Source: Paludibacterium yongneupense DSM 18731 (GTDB lineage: Bacteria; Pseudomonadota; Gammaproteobacteria; Burkholderiales; Chromobacteriaceae). Taken from it: a stretch of 24,000 nt of DNA. Positions 17,374 through 24,000 of this stretch are shown here, one piece after another. The number at the start of each line of letters is the position of its first letter. Position 1 is the stretch's first letter. The stretch is taken from assembly GCF_000422925.1 (NCBI RefSeq), contig NZ_AUGZ01000005.1, positions 384,081-408,080 on the forward strand, written 5' to 3'. A model generated the notes under the pieces. The model made no database searches, had not been told where the DNA came from, and worked only from the letters and a program-made list of their open reading frames with translations. Made by a program: the position numbers and the translations under genes.

Positions 17374-18075
17374 ATGTATGTATCCCGACTTTTGAAAGGC
17401 GCCGCGGCCGGCGCACGTGCGAACCTGGTGCCCGGCCTGATCCTGCAGTCCGCCGCGGCCATCATTCTGGCTCTCTATTACCTCGCGCCCGGATTGCGTC
17501 CGGGCTTCGAGTTTTTCTCGACACTGAAAACGCAGTGGGGCTATCTGTACTCGGCGCTCACCACGGCGCTATGCGGCGGGCTGGTGCCCTATCTGTTCTT
17601 GCGGCTGACCGGGCGAGGCCAGGCCAGCGCCGGGCGCGAATTGAGTTTCTACCTGCTGTTCTGGGCCTTCCTCGGCATCCAGGTCGATGCGCTCTACCGC
17701 GGCCAGGGTGTGATGTTCGGCAATGACGTGACTCTCGCGGTACTGGCCAAGAAAGTGGCTTTCGATCAATTCGTTTTCACCGCCTTCTGGTCGGTACCGC
17801 TGGCGACGATCTGTTATATGTGGAAAAACGCCGACTACCAACTCGCGGCGCTGCGCCTGCAACTGCGCCGCGAGTTCTTCGTACTGCACCTGCCGACCAT
17901 GGTGGTCTCGGCCTGGCTGATCTGGATCCCGGGGGTTGCCATCATCTACAGCCTGCCTCCGGCCCTGCAGATTCCGATGTTCAGCCTGGTGCAGTGTTTC
18001 TGGTCGCTGCTGGTCGAAGTGCTCAATAGCGCCAAGACGGCCAGCGGCGCGACCCCGGCGCGGATGACCGCGTAA
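17374..18075 (+). CDS. integral membrane protein of unknown function (possibly Mpv17/PMP22-like)
   Basis: ATG 17374 has AAGGAAG upstream. Length is 233 aa with several hydrophobic helices. The blocks AFDQFVFTAFWSVPL and WLIWIPGVAIIYSLPPALQIPMFSLVQCFWSLL resemble Mpv17/PMP22 conserved blocks from memory, unverified. It is followed 42 bp later by the GH1 gene with its own GAGGAG RBS, so co-transcription is likely. Confidence 0.7.
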   Translation: MYVSRLLKGAAAGARANLVPGLILQSAAAIILALYYLAPGLRPGFEFFSTLKTQWGYLYSALTTALCGGLVPYLFLRLTGRGQASAGRELSFYLLFWAFLGIQVDALYRGQGVMFGNDVTLAVLAKKVAFDQFVFTAFWSVPLATICYMWKNADYQLAALRLQLRREFFVLHLPTMVVSAWLIWIPGVAIIYSLPPALQIPMFSLVQCFWSLLVEVLNSAKTASGATPARMTA

Positions 18076-19529
<1,454 letters not shown>

Positions 19530-19577
19530 TGGGCAAGCGCCGGCCGCGCGGACGCGAGCGTCCGTGCGGCCGGACAC

Positions 19578-20000
19578 TCAACGGCAGGCGTTAAAATAAA
19601 CGGTCACGTCATCTTTCCCGACCTCGATATTGAGCTGCTCAATCGCCAGAGTCAGCAAATTGGAAAGCGTGATCGACTTCTGCTCGGTGGTGCCAGCGAT
19701 ATCCACCACCGCCTGCGTGGAACCCGCGAGCAGCACGCCGGAAACATAACGCGCATCTTCAAGATCCCACAGGACGTAGTCGTCGATGTTATCGCCAGTA
19801 GAGTAAGTCTCGACGACCCGACTATCCACTTTCGTAAATTGGCTGGCGGCCAGTTCGGCATAGATCTTCTCCGACGTCGGGTAATCGAGTTCCTCCCCTT
19901 GTCGGACAAAGAACATGAAGCGCCATTTCCCGGCAACCGGAAACGGCACCTTGTCCCTGACTTGCGCATGCCCCGAAACCTGCAGAACAAACTTGGCCAT
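19578..20000 (-). CDS. hypothetical 140-aa protein (orphan, lower GC)
   Basis: ATG 20000 has GGAGG 4-5 nt upstream. The sequence MAKFVLQVSGHAQ...DNIDDYVLWDLEDA...VTVYFNACR-stop looks like a soluble globular protein, with no signal peptide or TM segment. The 60 upstream codons in the track ORF are not protein-like. Hand count is 231/423 = 54.6% GC. No family recognised with confidence. Confidence 0.6.
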   Translation of the reverse strand: MAKFVLQVSGHAQVRDKVPFPVAGKWRFMFFVRQGEELDYPTSEKIYAELAASQFTKVDSRVVETYSTGDNIDDYVLWDLEDARYVSGVLLAGSTQAVVDIAGTTEQKSITLSNLLTLAIEQLNIEVGKDDVTVYFNACR

Positions 20001-20162
20001 ATCGCCTCCGCAAAGCAATGAATGGAAATGCCGTACCGCGGATGGCGGTACGACAAGAACCGGCCCGGGAAGGGTAAAGCCGGAAATCCCGGATGATGAA
20101 CGGCCCTCAGAGTTGGAACGCGGCAGACCGACGTGTGTGAAGCCATGCCGCACAGGCAGACG

Positions 20163-20198
20163 AAAGCGGGCCGGGGGCATGGCCCCCGACCCGCTTTT
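20163..20198 (-). terminator. intrinsic terminator after the SMP-30 gene (bidirectional shape)
   Basis: 16-bp stem with one mismatch (20163-20178 / 20182-20197) and a 3-nt loop. An A-tract lies on one side and a T-tract on the other, so a U-run follows the stem on both strands. It starts 23 nt after the SMP-30 stop on the minus strand. Confidence 0.7.
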
Positions 20199-20220
20199 AG
20201 TCCGGCGAACCCGCCCTCGT

Positions 20221-21087
20221 TCAACCGGCGAACTTGACTTCCGGCAGGCCGGCCACGTCCACCTGGAACAGGATGACCGCGCCTTCGTTGGGGTTGGCCG
20301 CCAGTTGTTCCGGCGTCATTTTCTGGCAGGCGCTGGTCACGAACATCGTCTTGTAGTCGGCGCCGCCGAAACACGGCATGGTCGGAATCGATACCGGCAG
20401 CTCGACGGTTTGCAGCAATTCTCCCTGCGGACTGATGCGCAGGATCTTGCCGCCCGCGTACAGCGCGGACCAGTAGCAGCCTTCGCTATCGACCGTACCG
20501 CCGTCGGGACGGCCCCAGCCTTGCGGGACGACGAAGAACTCGCGCTGATTGCTCGCATCGCCGGTCGCCGGGTCGTAATCGCACTGGTAGATGGTCAGGC
20601 CCGGGGTATCGGACCAGTACAGGGTCTTGCCATCCGGGCTGAAGGCCATGCCATTGCAGGTCCAGCTCTTGCCGATCAACTGGCGCACGGCCAGCTTGGC
20701 ATCCAGCTGATAGAAGGTGCCGTAGGAGTCGTCTTTGCGGCCATTCATGGTCCCGGCCACCAGTCGGCCCTGACGGTCGCAACGGCCATCGTTGAAGCGC
20801 TGATGCGGTTTGTCCGCCTCCGGGTCGACGATCGGACGGACGACCGGATTGAGCAGATCGTCGATAAACGCCAGGCCCGACTGCAGTCCCACCACCATGC
20901 CGCCCTTTTCGCGCAAGGCGAAGCAACCGATTTCTTCTTCCAGCTGGATCACATGACGCGAACCGGTAGGCAGATGATGTCCGAGGATCTGGTGTTGCAG
21001 GATATCGACCCACCACAGGGTATTCGTCTGTTCGTCCCAACGCGGGCACTCGCCCAGCTGATAGCGGCCTTCGGATAGTGTTTTCAT
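20221..21087 (-). CDS. SMP-30/gluconolactonase/LRE-family protein (putative cytoplasmic sugar lactonase)
   Basis: ATG 21087 begins MKTLSEGRYQLGECPRWDEQTNTLWWVDI. Further family motifs are RFNDGRCDRQGR, NGMAFSPDGKTLYWSDT and PDGGTVDSEGCYW, which are six-bladed propeller lactonase hallmarks. No signal peptide. The 56 extra N-terminal codons in the track ORF are Arg/Pro-rich and cover the operator site. Confidence 0.88.
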   Translation of the reverse strand: MKTLSEGRYQLGECPRWDEQTNTLWWVDILQHQILGHHLPTGSRHVIQLEEEIGCFALREKGGMVVGLQSGLAFIDDLLNPVVRPIVDPEADKPHQRFNDGRCDRQGRLVAGTMNGRKDDSYGTFYQLDAKLAVRQLIGKSWTCNGMAFSPDGKTLYWSDTPGLTIYQCDYDPATGDASNQREFFVVPQGWGRPDGGTVDSEGCYWSALYAGGKILRISPQGELLQTVELPVSIPTMPCFGGADYKTMFVTSACQKMTPEQLAANPNEGAVILFQVDVAGLPEVKFAG

Positions 21088-21159
21088 CGATCGTCTCGTG
21101 TCAGTAGTAATAAGGCTGCGGTCCATCCGCGGCCCCGGGCGGCGCAAAGGGCAACAAAA

Positions 21160-21173
21160 TGTAACCGGTTTCA
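21160..21173. promoter_or_regulatory. LacI-family operator (exact TGTAACCGGTTTCA) upstream of the SMP-30 gene
   Basis: Exact 14-mer identical to 17162 and 17193. Lies 73 bp upstream of ATG 21087 in the narL-SMP30 intergenic gap. Confidence 0.7.
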
Positions 21174-21284
21174 TGTCTGGCAAGATCATAGCACCGCCGG
21201 ACGGCCCCGCCAAGCGGCGGCAACGCGGCCAGCGATCCCGTTTGCGATCGGTCAACAGACGCCGCCCGCGACGGGGACTCGGGC

Positions 21285-21944
21285 CTAGCCTCCCATGCCA
21301 TGCTCGACCGCGTACACGGCGGCCTGCACCCGGCTGGAAAGGCCGAGCTTCTTGAGAATATTCTGCACATGAATCTTGACTGTGCTTTCGGCCAGATCGA
21401 GATCACGCGCGATCAGTTTATTGCTGTCGCCGCGGGCCAGGCAAGCCAGCACCTCCCTTTCGCGAGCGGTCAAGCGCTCGTGGTCGGCAGCCCCCGCCGG
21501 CGCATTCGCCTGACCGGCCAGGCGAAACTGCTGCACCAGCTTGTCGGTCATGGCTTCCGAGACCACGGCCTCGCCGGCGCAGACGCGACGAATCGCGCCG
21601 GTCAGACTATCGGCATCGATGTTTTTCAGCAAGTAGCCGCGTGCCCCCGCGTGCAGCGCGGCAGCCAGATCGGCAGCGTCCTCCGACACGGTCAGCATCA
21701 GTACCGCCTGAGCCGGATGATCCTGCAGCATCAGGCGCAGCGTCTCCACTCCGCTGAGTCCCGGCATGTTCAGATCGAGCAACACGATGTCGGGCGCCAG
21801 TTCGCTCACCCGCTTGATGCCTTCGCTGCCGTCCGGGGCCTCCCCCACGACATTGAAACCGGGCTGGCGGGTCAGCAGCAAACGCAAACCGCTGCGAAAC
21901 AAGCTATGGTCGTCGACCAGCAGAATCGTGATGGCATCGCTCAT
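21285..21944 (-). CDS. narL: nitrate/nitrite response regulator, NarL/FixJ family
   Basis: ATG 21944 begins MSDAITILLVDDHSLFRSGL. The receiver Asp is in IVLLDLNMPG, and a C-terminal LuxR-type HTH is present (LTAREREVLACLARGDSNKLIARDLDLAESTVKIHVQNILKKLG). The start overlaps the narX stop (ATGA, 21941-21944). Confidence 0.88.
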   Translation of the reverse strand: MSDAITILLVDDHSLFRSGLRLLLTRQPGFNVVGEAPDGSEGIKRVSELAPDIVLLDLNMPGLSGVETLRLMLQDHPAQAVLMLTVSEDAADLAAALHAGARGYLLKNIDADSLTGAIRRVCAGEAVVSEAMTDKLVQQFRLAGQANAPAGAADHERLTAREREVLACLARGDSNKLIARDLDLAESTVKIHVQNILKKLGLSSRVQAAVYAVEHGMGG

Positions 21945-23875
21945 TCTTTTTCTTCTCCTTCCCGCCGCGGCAGGAACAGACGCACCTCGGTGCCGCCGCC
22001 CGGGCCGGGCAGCCAGTCGAGTTCCGCCCCCAGACGCTGGGCGCGTTCTTTCATGATACGCAGGCCGACATGCTGCTCGGGCAACACGGCGGCCGCATCG
22101 AAGCCGCAACCGTCGTCGCACACGGTCAGGCGCACGTCCGTCCCCTGGGCATAGACGACGTCGACCTTGCGCGCGTGCGCGTGTTTACGGACATTGGACA
22201 AGGCCTCCTGCAGAATGAACAGCACCTGCAGTTGCGCATCCGCCGGTAGCGGCGCCCCCTGCCCGCCGGCTTCGAAATGCGTGTCGACGCCGGACTGCTG
22301 ACCGAATTTATCGACCGCGATGCGCATCGCATTGGGCAGGTCGCCCTCTTGTAAACGACTGCGAAAATTCAGCAACAGCTCGCGTACGTCGTCGTAGCTC
22401 TCCTGCACCCCGGCCTTGAGCATGGGGACGATGTCCAGCCCCTCCGCCAGCTGCCCTCGGGTGAGCGAATCCTCCAGCATCTGCACCTGCAGATTCAGGA
22501 AGCTCAAGCCCTGCGCAATGCTGTCATGCAAGCCCTGGGCCAGTAGCCCGCGTTCTTCCGAGACCGCCAGTTCGCGCTCGCGCGCCGCCAGCCTGACGTT
22601 CTCCAGCGCGGTTCCGAGGTGGTTGCCCAGGGTATCCAGCCATTGGCGTTCGCGCGCGCTGAAGGTGCGCGTCGTGCGGAAATGCAGATTGAAGGTGCCG
22701 GTCTGGCGGTTGCGCGCGCGCAGCGGGAATACGCCGAGCTGCAAAAACCCTTCATCAAAGCAACCGGGACGGCGCAAGGGAAGCTGGCGCCGCAGATCGT
22801 AGAGCGTCGCCATGGTCCCGCCGACATTCTCGCTGCACAGACAATCCCCTGGCATCAGGCACTGCTCGGCGGCGATCAGGGCCGGCGACAGGCCGCTGTG
22901 CACCGTCAGAAACGACGCGCTATTGAGAGGATCGAGCGTACGCACGCTGCCGCCATCGGCGCCGAAGCCCTCCATCACCCTGTCCAGGAAACCGCGGCAC
23001 ATCGTCTCGGCATTCTGGGTATCGTTCAAAAAGGCGGCAATATCGTATAACAGGGCCAACTCGCGGTTATGGACATTCAACGCCGCCGTCTTGTCGGCGA
23101 CCCGGCTCTCGAGCGTGGCGTAGGACTCGGCGAGCCGGGCAGCCATGCGGTTGAACCCGGATGCCACCTCGCCGAACTCGTCACCGGATTCGACAGGAAG
23201 GCTGACGCTGAAGTCCTGCTCGGCCATGCGGGCGATCCCCTCGCGCAAGCGGCCGAGCGGGCGAAACACCAGCAGGAACATCAGATATATCTGCGTGACG
23301 GTCCCGACGACCGCCAGCGCCACCAGTAGCATCTGCGAGGCGCGCAACCACAAGGTGTGACGTTCGTTAGTCTGCTCGATGGAGAGCACCAGGCCATCGA
23401 CCTCGTGCACAAACGCATCGAGATCGGTGCGCAAAGCGAGCCAGTCTCCCAGCCGTTCGCCGCCGAGTACCGCCTCGGCGCGCGCAGCGACGTTTTGCTG
23501 ATAATGCCGCTCGACGCGGGCGAAGCGCGCCCGCACGTCGGCGTCGGCCGGCAGGTACAGCGGTCGTCCCGGGTCGCCGTTGCGCAGCAGGGCCAGAGTC
23601 GCGTCGAAACCCCGGCGTTGGCGCAGGATTTCGACGCGCAAGGCCTCATCGGGCGCCACCGCATAACGTTGCAGGGAGAGTCCCAACTGATAGCTTCGCA
23701 TGCGCAGGCTGCCGGCGGCATTGATGGCGGCACCCCCGCCCTCGAGCTGCCACGACAGGTACAACGTGCTGCCGATGGCGAGCAGGCCGAGCAGCAGCGC
23801 ACCGAGCAGCATGGCACTGACCCGGATCGCCAACTGCCGCCGCAGCGGCAGCGCGCTGGCGACGGCCGCCATCAT
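21941..23875 (-). CDS. narX: nitrate/nitrite sensor histidine kinase, NarX/NarQ type
   Basis: Two N-terminal TM segments flank a periplasmic domain with the P-box-like GGAAINAAGSLRMRSYQL. HAMP, a central GAF-like region, the HisKA_3 H-box (GLHDSIAQGLSFL) and the HATPase_c region (N/G boxes) follow. Length is 644 aa. Confidence 0.88.
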   Translation of the reverse strand: MMAAVASALPLRRQLAIRVSAMLLGALLLGLLAIGSTLYLSWQLEGGGAAINAAGSLRMRSYQLGLSLQRYAVAPDEALRVEILRQRRGFDATLALLRNGDPGRPLYLPADADVRARFARVERHYQQNVAARAEAVLGGERLGDWLALRTDLDAFVHEVDGLVLSIEQTNERHTLWLRASQMLLVALAVVGTVTQIYLMFLLVFRPLGRLREGIARMAEQDFSVSLPVESGDEFGEVASGFNRMAARLAESYATLESRVADKTAALNVHNRELALLYDIAAFLNDTQNAETMCRGFLDRVMEGFGADGGSVRTLDPLNSASFLTVHSGLSPALIAAEQCLMPGDCLCSENVGGTMATLYDLRRQLPLRRPGCFDEGFLQLGVFPLRARNRQTGTFNLHFRTTRTFSARERQWLDTLGNHLGTALENVRLAARERELAVSEERGLLAQGLHDSIAQGLSFLNLQVQMLEDSLTRGQLAEGLDIVPMLKAGVQESYDDVRELLLNFRSRLQEGDLPNAMRIAVDKFGQQSGVDTHFEAGGQGAPLPADAQLQVLFILQEALSNVRKHAHARKVDVVYAQGTDVRLTVCDDGCGFDAAAVLPEQHVGLRIMKERAQRLGAELDWLPGPGGGTEVRLFLPRREGEEKE

Positions 23876-24000
23876 CGGCCGCCGGCCGGCGCCGGCCTTG
23901 CTCTATGCATCATGCCCAGCCTTTCTCGATCAGCGCGGACGTACCAGTTGCCAGGCCCGCGTCAAATAGCCCACCGTGGCGAAACCGCTCCAGACATGAA

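Noticed and set aside
23962-24000. Possible 3' end of a minus-strand gene running off the right edge (...FMSGAVSPRWAI-stop)
   Set aside because: Only 12 codons are visible, too little to distinguish a gene end from chance.

Overview
Chromosomal window from a GC-rich proteobacterium. Gene content looks beta-proteobacterial, but the taxon cannot be proven from this sequence alone.

- 1-7.5 kb: a membrane-protein gene fragment, a VIT1/CCC1-type metal transporter, and a Prx5-glutaredoxin fusion peroxidase followed by a flavoprotein disulfide reductase. Next comes a ~1 kb non-coding gap holding a deletion-inactivated vapBC toxin-antitoxin remnant bracketed by a short repeat family. Then glmS, an extremely AT-rich divergent promoter region, an Lrp/AsnC regulator and a lipoprotein.
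- 7.5-19.5 kb: a complete, self-contained lactose/cellobiose-family PTS (IIB, IIC, IIA, GH1 6-phospho-beta-glucosidase, HPr, Enzyme I, LacI-family repressor). It is followed by a LysR regulator and a GH4 6-phospho-beta-glucosidase. Divergent from GH4 are a possibly Mpv17/PMP22-like membrane protein and a second GH1 gene broken by a 1-nt frameshift.
- 19.5-24 kb: an orphan lower-GC 140-aa protein, an SMP-30/gluconolactonase-family protein, narL and narX.

No rRNA, tRNA, CRISPR array, transposase or integrase was found.

The most interesting signal is a 14-bp LacI-type operator (TGTAACCGGTTTCA) present five times, only in intergenic DNA. It links the PTS operon, the GH4/membrane-protein divergon and the distant lactonase gene into one predicted regulon. 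The lactonase and the membrane protein are not part of any beta-glucoside PTS pathway I know of.

I did not find a convincing defence system or other clearly novel multi-gene machine. The other findings are smaller oddities.

Note: the ORF track renders GTG/TTG starts as M, and several track ORFs carry spurious N-terminal extensions, which I trimmed.
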